Source: an uncultured Gammaproteobacteria bacterium
GTDB lineage: Bacteria > Patescibacteriota > Patescibacteriia > UBA1558 > 2-01-FULL-52-15
Assembly: GCA_964402565.1 (NCBI GenBank)
Contig: CAYOCJ010000001.1
Location: 160,079 to 224,078, forward strand
Direction: 5' to 3'
Length of the DNA: 64,000 bases
Below, piece by piece: positions 9,725 to 18,871 of this stretch (position 1 is the first letter of the stretch; every line of letters starts with the position of its first letter). The translations under genes were made by a program, and so were the position numbers. A model generated the notes under the pieces. It searched no databases. It was not told the origin of the DNA and worked only from the letters and a program-made list of their open reading frames with translations.

Positions 9725-9946
9725 ATGAGTAAATATGTTTTTACCTGTCCATGCGGCGAAAGCATGTCGGTCAATGAGGAATCAAGAAAAGATGCGATTG
9801 TGAAAATGAAAGCTCTCATGGATAAAGAGCGCGCGAAAGAGCACATTAAAGCTAAACATTCTCATGATGCAGATGGTATGACGGTAGGCCATATCTACGC
9901 CTTGATCGAACAGCGCTTAGCGCCAACATCAAAGGTGCCGGCATAG
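9725..9946 (+). CDS. Small metal-binding protein (DUF1059-like)
   Basis: 73 aa with a CPCGESMSV...HIKAKH pattern. Confidence 0.35.
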   Translation: MSKYVFTCPCGESMSVNEESRKDAIVKMKALMDKERAKEHIKAKHSHDADGMTVGHIYALIEQRLAPTSKVPA

Positions 9947-9948
9947 GG

Positions 9949-10623
9949 TTACCGTCTCCTGTCAGAGGTAATAGCACCGTCTTTGAGGGAAATGACTCTG
10001 CCGGCACGTGCGGCATACTCTTCTTCATGGGTGACCATCACGATGGTTTGTCCTTCTCGATGTAGGTCGAGGAATGCATCCATGACAACGCGGGAGTTTT
10101 CTGAGTCCAGGTTTGCAGTTGGTTCATCGGCGAAGAGAACTTTCGGATGATGAGCGATGGCTCGCGCGATAGATACGCGCTGCTGCTGGCCGCCGGATAA
10201 TTGACTCGGAAGATTCTGCTTCTTATCAGCCAGGCCAAGGCGTTCTAATGCGATGAGCGCCTGCGCCTCGGCTGTTTTGCGCGAGTGTCCTTGCATCAGG
10301 ATAGGCAGAGCTACGTTTTCAACTGCCGTTAACTCAGGGAGGAGAGCATAATCTTGAAAGACGAAGCCCATTTTATGCAGTCGCAGTAATGTTTTGTCTG
10401 CCTGGCTGAGATGAGTTACTGATGAGCCGTCGAAATAAATTTCTCCTGAGTTCGGCTGGTCCAGAAGCGACATTTGGTACAGCAAGGTCGATTTTCCTGC
10501 GCCGGAAGGACCGATGATGGCCACGAATTCCCCGTCTGTTATTTCCACAGTAAGACTCTTCAGGACGATAAGTTCAAGTTCACCGCTGCCGTATTTTTTT
10601 AATAGTTCTTTGACCTGTAACAT
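9949..10623 (-). CDS. ABC transporter ATP-binding protein (LolD/MacB-type)
   Basis: Walker A GPSGAGKST, signature LSGGQQQRVSIARA, Walker B LFADEPT. Start chosen at MLQVKELLKKY. Confidence 0.85.
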   Translation of the reverse strand: MLQVKELLKKYGSGELELIVLKSLTVEITDGEFVAIIGPSGAGKSTLLYQMSLLDQPNSGEIYFDGSSVTHLSQADKTLLRLHKMGFVFQDYALLPELTAVENVALPILMQGHSRKTAEAQALIALERLGLADKKQNLPSQLSGGQQQRVSIARAIAHHPKVLFADEPTANLDSENSRVVMDAFLDLHREGQTIVMVTHEEEYAARAGRVISLKDGAITSDRRR

Positions 10624-10627
10624 AGTA

Positions 10628-11926
10628 TTATCGCCCCAAAATAGCATCCAGTGTATTTTTACGTACAATGAGTTTTGCCGGCACATAGCCTGCGATGAGC
10701 GTGACGGTAATCAGGATCACAATGCGCAATGCTGCACCCTGCGGTGTGACAACCAAGATCCCATCTGAGAACGGAAAGTCGATAGGATGGGCGGCAAAGA
10801 AGGGTTTCAGAAAACCGAAAGTCAGGAGCGCGCCGATCCCTGATCCGATGATGCCATAGAATAATGCCTGCAAGATATATGAGAATTGTACAGCGCGCGG
10901 GCTGATGCCTACGCCTTTCATGATGCCGATGAATTTACGCTTGGTGACTGCATTGATAAAGACAACGATAAAGATGGTGATCGTCGCAACGACGAGAGCG
11001 ATAGAGGACAGTGCATTGCCGAGTACACCCATGGTCGTTTCTATATCCCGCAGGAATGAAGGAACTGCCTGTGCAGATGTTTGAACGCGCGCCGCATGCG
11101 TACCCATAAACGATTTGATCTCAGCGACCAGCTGCGGTGCATATGCCTCGTCGGTGCGAATGGCTATTTCCTGCAAATCCAGCTTATTCGCTGGCAATAG
11201 ACGCTTCACTTCCTGATCAACGGTGAAGGCCCGGGTTGAAACTTGGTCTACCTTTGTTTTTACGATGCCCTTAATAGTGAAATCCTTGCTTACTGGCAAT
11301 CCGTCTTTTTGAGGCAAGGTAACGCGGACGCGGCTTCCCACATCGACATTGTCGAGAAGCGTAATACCGGGGATATTAGCATCTGCGAATGAAGAGTACT
11401 TTTTCAGCATATTCGCTCCGATCAGGATATAACCCTCATCACCCGGCTCCAGAGTTTTGCCGTGGATGATGAATCGGGAGAATCCAGTGACTGCTTCTTC
11501 TTTCAATGGATCAAATCCGACCAGAGCGAGATTTGCCCGGTTAGCGGTTTCATTTTTTTTCGGCAGCTCATTCAGCGTGCCCAGAATATCAACGCCTACT
11601 GCATAGCGCGGTGAGAGCGAAGTGACATGCGGATGGTGCTCGAGGAACGTTACAAGATTTTGAGAGTCTTCTATATAATCATGGCCGTCGGCAGACGTGA
11701 CTATCACTTCACCGCTATAGCTGGTCCTGAATTGAACGAAAGAGCCGGTGATAAGGCCGAGGAGTAGACCCGATACGACGACCAAATTGAGAAAGGTAAG
11801 GACCATAATGAAAATAATAAGAGCCGTCGTGCCTTTATTCGAGCGCCGCAATTGGCGAATGGCTAAAAACCAGCCGACTCGCATGGCATTGATATATTCG
11901 GTTCTCAATTGACGCAGTTTTTTCAT
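10628..11926 (-). CDS. ABC transporter permease, FtsX/MacB/LolCE family
   Basis: TM1, then a large periplasmic domain, then 3 C-terminal TMs. Adjacent to the ATPase. Confidence 0.8.
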   Translation of the reverse strand: MKKLRQLRTEYINAMRVGWFLAIRQLRRSNKGTTALIIFIMVLTFLNLVVVSGLLLGLITGSFVQFRTSYSGEVIVTSADGHDYIEDSQNLVTFLEHHPHVTSLSPRYAVGVDILGTLNELPKKNETANRANLALVGFDPLKEEAVTGFSRFIIHGKTLEPGDEGYILIGANMLKKYSSFADANIPGITLLDNVDVGSRVRVTLPQKDGLPVSKDFTIKGIVKTKVDQVSTRAFTVDQEVKRLLPANKLDLQEIAIRTDEAYAPQLVAEIKSFMGTHAARVQTSAQAVPSFLRDIETTMGVLGNALSSIALVVATITIFIVVFINAVTKRKFIGIMKGVGISPRAVQFSYILQALFYGIIGSGIGALLTFGFLKPFFAAHPIDFPFSDGILVVTPQGAALRIVILITVTLIAGYVPAKLIVRKNTLDAILGR

Positions 11927-12063
11927 GATTTTTTGAGGAAACTAGGCAGTAGAAGGAGTATAGAGAATTATTAGATTTTTGCCTAGTTCTAGACTTTTTT
12001 GTAAGAACGGGGATTATGTTGCGTCATCTTGATCTGTACATAACTAAATAATCCAAAAAAAAT

Positions 12064-14067
12064 ATGGAAAAACTGAGAGTTTTCTCACAAATGAGCAGGG
12101 CTACCAAAGCCTTGGTAGCCGGCATTACCTTGGGTATCACTGCCTTATCAATAACATGGGCGGCAGTTACCGTTACGTCTGGTCCTACGGCGCTCTTCGC
12201 ATCAGCACAAACCGTGCCTGCTATGAGCCAGCCGCTAGGGCTTTTTAAATTAGATTTGAAACAGGATGCTGGCGAGAATCTCGGCTCAGTCACGGTACAT
12301 GTGAATAATGTTGCGCCTGCCGGAGTTGTCTCATCAGATATTGCAAATGTTTCGGTCTATAAAGATAATGGCGACGGTGATTTCAATCCGGCATCTGATG
12401 TGCTTGCTGGGTCGCAGACCGCAGTGGCAATTGATGGAGACACCACGATCACCACAGCAGCAAATAATAGTGTCAGCACAAGCACGACAGTTTTCTTTGT
12501 CAGTATGCAAACTGGCAGTACCTGGAGCAGCACCACGACTCCTGATATGATCACGGTCACCTTCCCGGCAAATGGCTTGAACATGGATAATCCGACCTCG
12601 ACTCCTGCCGTGACCGCAGCGACAACGCCGGTCATCCAGGCTGATAGCGCAGGTCCGGTGCTGACGAGCGTCATTGCTGCAGATACGGCAGTAACGCCTA
12701 CTAAAACAGCCGGTGACACCTTAGTATTTACTTTCAACGAAGCAACGAACAAGCCTGCGATCACCACTGCAAATGTTGATACCGTACTTTCAGTGAATAA
12801 TGGTCACTCATTGAAGAATGGCGGAGCGGTGCTTGGCGCCACTGCATGGAATGCTGGCGGTACCGAACTCACTCTCACATTGAATGATAATGGATTCGGT
12901 GTTCCGACTGTCCTGGTCGGAGATATGGTGGCAAGCATGGGTACAATGATCACTGATGCTGTGGGCAATCCAGCAACCGGATCAGCGACGATTACCGGAA
13001 CATTCGGTGATATGTTCGGCTCGACTGTTTCGACTCAAGTTCGTAATGGAAGCAATGCGGATGTCACGAATACAGCCCTCTCCTTCGGCACAGCGGTCCA
13101 TGATTACGCTACCGTTAACGGAGTAGGATCCACGACAACGGCAACAGGAACGGTCACCTTCAACTTGTATGGTATGAGCAATTGCACAGGCTCAGCACTG
13201 AGTAGCGAACAGATGGCTCTTTCAGGCGGCAATGCATCATCGAATGCAACAACGACACTCGCCGCGGGAAGCTATGGCTATAAAGCAAGCTATGCTGGCA
13301 ATGAGATGTATTCTGCATCGAACGGTGTCTGTGAACCCTTCAGCGTGGTTGGCCCTACAACGAATCTGACGCCTACCATACAGTCGAACATTCAGAACTC
13401 AAGCAATACAAACATCGCTGGTCAAACAGTGACGACAGGCACCGTTGTGCATGACTATGCAGTAGTATCCGGCAGCAATGGAACGCCGACTGGATCTGTG
13501 GACTTCATGCGCTATGCGAACGGCACGTGCTCAGGAGATCCTTCAGTCACAGAAAGCAATATCGCTTTGAACGGCATTGGGGCTGCAGCTTCGGGAACCT
13601 ATACGACGGTGGCAGGCATGCTCTCATATCGCGTACATTATGATGGCAATGGCACATACTTGCCGGGAGACGGAGCTTGCCAATCATTGACTGTTCAGGA
13701 TGTGGTACCGCCAACTCCGACGACACAGTGCGAGAACGGATTGATCAATGGGAGATTGTATATGGTCATGGGCAAGAGCAAGATATGGTTAGCAGCGGAT
13801 TGTCGATTGAAAGAATTTAGAGGCAATGCAATCGGCCATGCGAAGGGTAAGAAGTTCCAGGATATCATTCCATTACCGACCCAGGGCGTCGATGATAACG
13901 GAAATATCGTTCAAACCTTCACCATTATCATGCTCGATCATAAGCCAGTAACCATTCATTCTGATAGTGAGATCAGGGAGAAACACGAGAAGACAGAAAA
14001 GCACGAGAATGAAGGCCATGGGAATAAAGGCAATGGCAATAAGCATGAGGATGGCAATGATGATTAA
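12064..14067 (+). CDS. Large secreted surface protein with Thr/Ser-rich Ig-like repeats and His/Lys/Glu-rich tail
   Basis: Signal peptide. Repeated segments (TGTVTFNLYG...; GSVDFMRYANGTC...). C-terminal low-complexity HEKTEKHENEGHGNKGNGNKHEDGNDD. The start may be 12091. Confidence 0.55.
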   Translation: MEKLRVFSQMSRATKALVAGITLGITALSITWAAVTVTSGPTALFASAQTVPAMSQPLGLFKLDLKQDAGENLGSVTVHVNNVAPAGVVSSDIANVSVYKDNGDGDFNPASDVLAGSQTAVAIDGDTTITTAANNSVSTSTTVFFVSMQTGSTWSSTTTPDMITVTFPANGLNMDNPTSTPAVTAATTPVIQADSAGPVLTSVIAADTAVTPTKTAGDTLVFTFNEATNKPAITTANVDTVLSVNNGHSLKNGGAVLGATAWNAGGTELTLTLNDNGFGVPTVLVGDMVASMGTMITDAVGNPATGSATITGTFGDMFGSTVSTQVRNGSNADVTNTALSFGTAVHDYATVNGVGSTTTATGTVTFNLYGMSNCTGSALSSEQMALSGGNASSNATTTLAAGSYGYKASYAGNEMYSASNGVCEPFSVVGPTTNLTPTIQSNIQNSSNTNIAGQTVTTGTVVHDYAVVSGSNGTPTGSVDFMRYANGTCSGDPSVTESNIALNGIGAAASGTYTTVAGMLSYRVHYDGNGTYLPGDGACQSLTVQDVVPPTPTTQCENGLINGRLYMVMGKSKIWLAADCRLKEFRGNAIGHAKGKKFQDIIPLPTQGVDDNGNIVQTFTIIMLDHKPVTIHSDSEIREKHEKTEKHENEGHGNKGNGNKHEDGNDD

Positions 14068-14094
14068 TAAGAAAGTAGACGTGTAATCAAAAGC

Positions 14095-14128
14095 AAAAAC
14101 CGCTTCGGGCAGCCGAAGCGGTTTTTGT
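14095..14128. terminator. Bidirectional rho-independent terminator
   Basis: AAAAACCGCTTCGGGCAGCCGAAGCGGTTTTT perfect hairpin between the surface protein gene and tRNA-Arg. Confidence 0.65.
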
Positions 14129-14150
14129 AATTGATAGTTTTGAAATGGAG

Positions 14151-14226
14151 TGGTGCGCCCGGCAGGAATCGAACCTACGACCTCATGGACCGCAACCATG
14201 CGCTCTATCCCCTGAGCTACGGGCGC
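14151..14226 (-). tRNA. tRNA-Arg with apparent anticodon GCG
   Basis: Reverse complement GCGCCCGTAGCTCAGGGGATAGAGCGCATGGTTGCGGTCCATGAGGTCGTAGGTTCGATTCCTGCCGGGCGCACCA. 76 nt cloverleaf. Loop TTGCGGT. Confidence 0.7.
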
Positions 14227-14318
14227 AAACCTATTGATATGTAAGCGGTAATTAAAACGGACCTCGACGAGGCAGGACCACCATATACTATTTTGTTGAC
14301 TTTGACAATGATTGTCAA

Positions 14319-14843
14319 CTAAAATTTGAATAGCCGCCCAAAAAAGTCACTGGTCGGCTCTTCTTCTTTCTCAAGATCTTCGGGAAGGAAGTTCAATAAA
14401 ATTTCACGGATTTCGTTCGGATTGACATCGCCCAGTGGCACGCCGATATGCGGGCTGAAAACGCTTTTAGGATCAAAGTAAAGAGTCTTCACCACGGGCG
14501 GCTCATAGATAATAAAAAAGTTATTGAGCTCGGTATACGCATAGAAATCCGGACCAGCGATAAGCCCATCCTCGGTAATCGCAAAGTTATGAAAACCTGG
14601 TCCGCGCATTTCGCTGACGACGAATATGAGTATGGTGAGGGCAACGATGACTGCCAGCAAGTAATTTTGGTCGAAGAACGAATACCCGAGCAACAGGATC
14701 ACAATAATCGCCGCTAGAATATACCACCATCTGCCGCGTTCATGTTCATCATGTGAATAAAAATCCCATTCGGCCAATACTTCGCCGTATTTTTTCGATA
14801 TCTCGGGTGCGCTTTCACCTGGTCTATTCTTATCTTCTGCCAT
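14319..14843 (-). CDS. Hypothetical membrane protein (2 TM)
   Basis: ORF with two hydrophobic helices. No recognisable motif. Confidence 0.4.
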   Translation of the reverse strand: MAEDKNRPGESAPEISKKYGEVLAEWDFYSHDEHERGRWWYILAAIIVILLLGYSFFDQNYLLAVIVALTILIFVVSEMRGPGFHNFAITEDGLIAGPDFYAYTELNNFFIIYEPPVVKTLYFDPKSVFSPHIGVPLGDVNPNEIREILLNFLPEDLEKEEEPTSDFFGRLFKF

Positions 14844-14942
14844 GGAAACAGTATAGCATATTTTTCCTATAAAATCATTGACATCGAGCCATGCGTATTG
14901 TATTGTAAGTAAGCTTTTTCCTTGTAAAATCGAGGAAATTTA

Positions 14943-14957
14943 CACGGAGAGGTGGCT
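14943..14957 (+). repeat. 15-nt direct repeat of the tRNA-Ser(GCT) 5' end (CACGGAGAGGTGGCT)
   Basis: Exact match to 15280-15294. Lies upstream of the GIY-YIG gene. Confidence 0.55.
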
Positions 14958-15019
14958 TGCGCCCAAGGCGCACCCGCCTCGGGCGGGGAGTTTAGTCAGA
15001 AAGGCAATGAAAAGCGATT

Positions 15020-15277
15020 ATGTACTATGTCTATATCCTCCATAGCAAAAAGATAGGGAAACGATACATTGGCCAGACATCAAATCTGAAAAATAGAGTG
15101 AAGCAGCATAAAAATGGTAACGCTTCATTCACAAGCAAAAATGATGACTGGAAACTCATTTATTACGAAGTGTTCCTATCAAAACGTGATGCGCTCGAGG
15201 AAGAAAAATTCTTAAAAAGTGGTAAAGGTCGAGAAAGATTGTCCTTTTTACTTCAAAATACAATTGATATCATATAG
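15020..15277 (+). CDS. GIY-YIG nuclease superfamily protein (YhbQ-like)
   Basis: YYVYILHSKKIGKRYIGQTSNLKNRVKQHKNG matches the GIY-YIG core. 85 aa. Confidence 0.75.
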   Translation: MYYVYILHSKKIGKRYIGQTSNLKNRVKQHKNGNASFTSKNDDWKLIYYEVFLSKRDALEEEKFLKSGKGRERLSFLLQNTIDII

Positions 15278-15282
15278 TTCAC

Positions 15283-15373
15283 GGAGAGGTGGCTGAGTGG
15301 TCGAAAGCACCTCACTGCTAACGAGGCAGGGCGTAAAAAACCCTCGCGGGTTCGAATCCCGCCCTCTCCGCCA
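15283..15373 (+). tRNA. tRNA-Ser (anticodon GCT)
   Basis: GGAGAGGTGGCTGAGTGGTCGAAAGC...CTGCTAA loop...long variable arm...GGGTTCGAATCCCGCCCTCTCCGCCA. Confidence 0.85.
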
Positions 15374-15425
15374 GATATGTTTTTATCGGGCTACTCAAAT
15401 GCTATAAATCAATAAAACAATATTT

Positions 15426-16028
15426 ATGCAAACATTTTTTAATTCAAATCTCTTTGTTGGCTTGGCTACCATCATCACCGGAGCAGTGGCTATACTGGTT
15501 TACTTTAAACAGAAAAAAGATTTCAAAGTTCAGGCCGCAAGAGTCCTTCTGATGGAAATCAGAACTGCGGAGGAGCGAATTGCTCAGATAAAAGATAAAA
15601 TCCAGAATAATTTCACTAATGATTTCCCTTCAGTTTTCCCAACAAAGAATTGGAAGACTTATTCCCATTTATTTATTAGTGATTTTGATCAAGACGAAAT
15701 TAAAGCGATAAGCTCTTTCTACGATTATGGTGATTTGATCGAGGAATTTGCAAAAAGAAATAATGATTTCTTCTGGGTAACGACTGAAGAGCGCGCTCGT
15801 GTCGTCCAACAGAAACTGGCTGATATAGTTTTTAAAGCAAAAGAGCCAGCAACGTCTCCTGTTGATATAAGCACTCGCAAGCAAACTCTAAACGAGTTTA
15901 CTAATGATCCGTATTCATACACTCCTCAAAAGACCTTGGAGGCAATAAAGAGTTACACAGAAAAAGTCGGCACAATAACCACCACAAGTGCTGGTATTAA
16001 GTTAAAAAAAATAGCGAAGTTGAAATAA
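15426..16028 (+). CDS. Hypothetical protein (N-terminal TM, coiled-coil-rich)
   Basis: ORF between tRNA-Ser and the repeat of its 3' end. Confidence 0.4.
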   Translation: MQTFFNSNLFVGLATIITGAVAILVYFKQKKDFKVQAARVLLMEIRTAEERIAQIKDKIQNNFTNDFPSVFPTKNWKTYSHLFISDFDQDEIKAISSFYDYGDLIEEFAKRNNDFFWVTTEERARVVQQKLADIVFKAKEPATSPVDISTRKQTLNEFTNDPYSYTPQKTLEAIKSYTEKVGTITTTSAGIKLKKIAKLK

Positions 16029-16045
16029 ACTTGTCGCGAGGCGAT

Positions 16046-16064
16046 AATCCCGCCCTCTCCGCCA
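16046..16064 (+). repeat. 19-nt direct repeat of the tRNA-Ser(GCT) 3' end (AATCCCGCCCTCTCCGCCA), att-like
   Basis: Exact match to 15355-15373. Confidence 0.6.
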
Positions 16065-16096
16065 TTAGTAAATTCATAGGAATTTTTTTTAAAATC

Positions 16097-16714
16097 ATGC
16101 AGCGTCCCTGGGAATCATTTTTTAATGCAAAGATTAAGAAAATTTTTTCTGAAAAAAAATCGATCATCGATATAGGGGGAGGCCTCCGGGTGCTGCAAGA
16201 CAGAGGAAACCGCTACAACCCTGATCGCGAATGGATACGGCCATTTCTTTCGCAGGTCGATTACAAAATTCTTGATCCAGTCCCTGATTTCAAGCCAGAT
16301 ATCATCGGCGACATTCATAAGCTGCCTCTTGAGAGCAACTCAGTTGATGCCTTGATCTGTATTGCAGTCTTAGAACATGTCGAAAATCCGATCCAGTCGG
16401 TCGCAGAAATGCATCGCGTTTTGAAGCCGGGCGGCTACTGTTTCATCTATGTGCCGTTCCTTTTTTATTATCATGCAGAACAGGGCTACTACAAGGACTA
16501 TTGGCGGTTCACCAAGGATGCCATGCAGTACCTTGGCAAAGATTTTCAGCACGCTGAGGTTCAGAATGTCCGGGGAGCGCTGGAAACATGGTTAAAAAAC
16601 AGTCCGTTAGGAAAGATACAGCTATTGTCTCATGGGGCTTTTTTGCTCGATCGCTTGACGCATAAAGTCCAAAGCAAACAAACAAGCGGCTATCATGCTT
16701 TTTTCATAAAATAG
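16097..16714 (+). CDS. Class I SAM-dependent methyltransferase
   Basis: LDPVPDF...DIHKLPLESNSVDALICIAVLEHVENP...LKPGGYCFIYVPF (Methyltransf_11-like). Start taken at MQRPWESFF. Confidence 0.7.
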   Translation: MQRPWESFFNAKIKKIFSEKKSIIDIGGGLRVLQDRGNRYNPDREWIRPFLSQVDYKILDPVPDFKPDIIGDIHKLPLESNSVDALICIAVLEHVENPIQSVAEMHRVLKPGGYCFIYVPFLFYYHAEQGYYKDYWRFTKDAMQYLGKDFQHAEVQNVRGALETWLKNSPLGKIQLLSHGAFLLDRLTHKVQSKQTSGYHAFFIK

Positions 16715-16743
16715 GCCGAGACCGTTCGTGAAAGGAAGAGTAT

Positions 16744-18306
16744 ATGGAAGCTATTACGCCAAAAACTATCTTGATCACCGGGGGAGCTGGGTTCATAGGC
16801 TCACATCTGTGTCGAAAATACGTTACCGCCGGGCACAAGGTCATTTGTGTCGATAATTTACAAACGACAAACTCAACGGATACCATCAGCGATCTGCTCT
16901 TGCGCAGAAATTTTACCTTCATCAAGCATGATATTATCAAGCCGATACCCGTCAGAGAACATATTGATTGGATCTTTAATTTGGCCTGCGCAGGATCCTA
17001 TACAAGCTATCAATTCGATCCGGTGCATACGGTGAAGACCAATACCGTAGGCATGCTGAATGCGCTGGATCTTGCCCGCGTGAACAATGCACGGATCATG
17101 CAGTTCTCAACGTCAGAAATTTACGGTGATCCGCTTGAAAGCCCGCAGCGTGAGGAGTATCGCGGGAATGTAAATACGCTGGGGCCGCGCGCTTGCTACG
17201 ACGAAGGCAAACGGGTCGCTGAGACCTTATGCATGGATTATCATCGCGAGTATGGCGTTGATGCAAAGATCATTCGCATTTTCAATACCTATGGGCCAAG
17301 CCAGGATCCAAATGACGGCAGAGTAGTGACCAATTTCATCCTGAAAGCGCTGAGCAATGAAAATCTTATTGTCTACGGTGATGGCGGCCAAACCAGGAGC
17401 TTTCAGTATATAGATGACCTGATAGAAGCTGTGGATCGGATGATGCGGAAAGATAATTTCCAGGGACCGGTGAATCTTGGCAATCCCGGAGAGATAACGA
17501 TGAAGGAGTTAGCAGAGAAAGTGATCAAGCTCACGAGAACGAAGTCAAAATTAGAATTTACTGATCAGGCGACCGATGATCCGAAGCGGCGCTGTCCGGA
17601 TATTACTTTGGCAAAGAAAGAGCTTGGATGGGAACCGAAGGTTGCTCTTGAGGAGGGTTTGAAGAAAACGATCGAGTATTTCAAGGCCGTGAAATTGCCG
17701 GAACGAAAAATTCTGGTGGTCGCGACAACATACTATCCCGAGATCGGGCCTGCTGAGCAGGCATTGCATGAATTGACGCAGGCTATGCCGGGCACGGAGT
17801 TTCATATCATCACTACAAAACTGGCAAAGGACAGACAGGCTATAGAGCAGATGGGCAATGTGACTATTTATCGCATTGGCCTTGGCACCAAGCAAGATAA
17901 GTATCTGTTGCCGGCATTGGGACTGAAACAAGCCCTGAAGCTGTATCAGGAACATGAGTACCGATTCGTGTGGTCGGTCATGGCAAGCTATGCTGCCATG
18001 GTCGCCTGGGGGTTAAAAACGATACATCGAGATATCAATTTTCTGATGACGTTCGATGGGAGCGAAGTAGCGACCAAAACATCGTTTAAGAAAAAGTTTC
18101 TGCTGCCGTTATCGAAAAGGTTGCTTCGTAAGGCAGATTCTGTATATTTATCAGATGTGACGCAGGAACAGCAAAGCTCGGTCTTTACAGAAGATACAGA
18201 GACCTCGGTCATCTCCAAGGAAAGCACCAGTTTCGTCAATCAGGTGCGCTATACCTATGCCAACCTGCTCAATAAGCAGCAAAAAAAATTAGCCAGACCA
18301 AAATAA
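16744..18306 (+). CDS. UDP-glucuronate decarboxylase (UXS-like NAD-dependent epimerase/dehydratase) fused to a C-terminal GT4-type N-domain
   Basis: Rossmann ILITGGAGFIGSHL, catalytic YDEGKR, UXS-like to about aa 315. Residues about 320-520 resemble the N-terminal half of the downstream GT4 (18868-20073). Confidence 0.75.
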   Translation: MEAITPKTILITGGAGFIGSHLCRKYVTAGHKVICVDNLQTTNSTDTISDLLLRRNFTFIKHDIIKPIPVREHIDWIFNLACAGSYTSYQFDPVHTVKTNTVGMLNALDLARVNNARIMQFSTSEIYGDPLESPQREEYRGNVNTLGPRACYDEGKRVAETLCMDYHREYGVDAKIIRIFNTYGPSQDPNDGRVVTNFILKALSNENLIVYGDGGQTRSFQYIDDLIEAVDRMMRKDNFQGPVNLGNPGEITMKELAEKVIKLTRTKSKLEFTDQATDDPKRRCPDITLAKKELGWEPKVALEEGLKKTIEYFKAVKLPERKILVVATTYYPEIGPAEQALHELTQAMPGTEFHIITTKLAKDRQAIEQMGNVTIYRIGLGTKQDKYLLPALGLKQALKLYQEHEYRFVWSVMASYAAMVAWGLKTIHRDINFLMTFDGSEVATKTSFKKKFLLPLSKRLLRKADSVYLSDVTQEQQSSVFTEDTETSVISKESTSFVNQVRYTYANLLNKQQKKLARPK

Positions 18307-18307
18307 T

Positions 18308-18871
18308 ATGCCAGGATCAAGACAAGTAAAAAGAGAAGTGCTCTGGGAGGGGGATTTTATCCGCGTCATCGCAAAGCATTTCAAAGATCAGCATGGCGGT
18401 GATCATGTCTGGGAATGCGTAGAACGCAAGCGGACGAGAGAGATCGTAGTCATCTTCGCAGTAACAAAAGATAGGGAGGTTGTGCTTTGCAAGCAATATC
18501 GGTATCCGCTGGATGCAGACATTGTGGAATTACCGGCAGGTTTGAGTGATAAAGAAGGCGAACCATTGGAGGAGACCGCAAAGCGCGAGCTGAAGGAAGA
18601 AACCGGGTATCTGGCTGATGAAATACATCTGGTCCAGGAAGGTCCTTATAATTCCGGGCTCTCGGCTGATAAACTCGCCATTTTCTACGCGCCAAACGTT
18701 ACCTTTGTCGGCAAGAAAGAGGGCGATGGTGATGCAACAGAAGAGATCGATGTCATGACCTTGCCTCTGGATGAACTGGTAGATTTCTGCACCAAGAAAC
18801 ATGCTGACTATATGGTCGATATCAAGATTCCGTCCACGCTCAAAATACTTGAACATCGAGGTGTACTATGA
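18308..18871 (+). CDS. NUDIX hydrolase
   Basis: Nudix box GLSDKEGEPLEETAKRELKEETGY. Confidence 0.75.
   Translation: MPGSRQVKREVLWEGDFIRVIAKHFKDQHGGDHVWECVERKRTREIVVIFAVTKDREVVLCKQYRYPLDADIVELPAGLSDKEGEPLEETAKRELKEETGYLADEIHLVQEGPYNSGLSADKLAIFYAPNVTFVGKKEGDGDATEEIDVMTLPLDELVDFCTKKHADYMVDIKIPSTLKILEHRGVL

Noticed and set aside
12024-12293. Minus-strand 89-aa ORF overlapping the start of the surface protein gene
   Set aside because: Antisense to a signal-peptide-bearing long ORF. No independent support.
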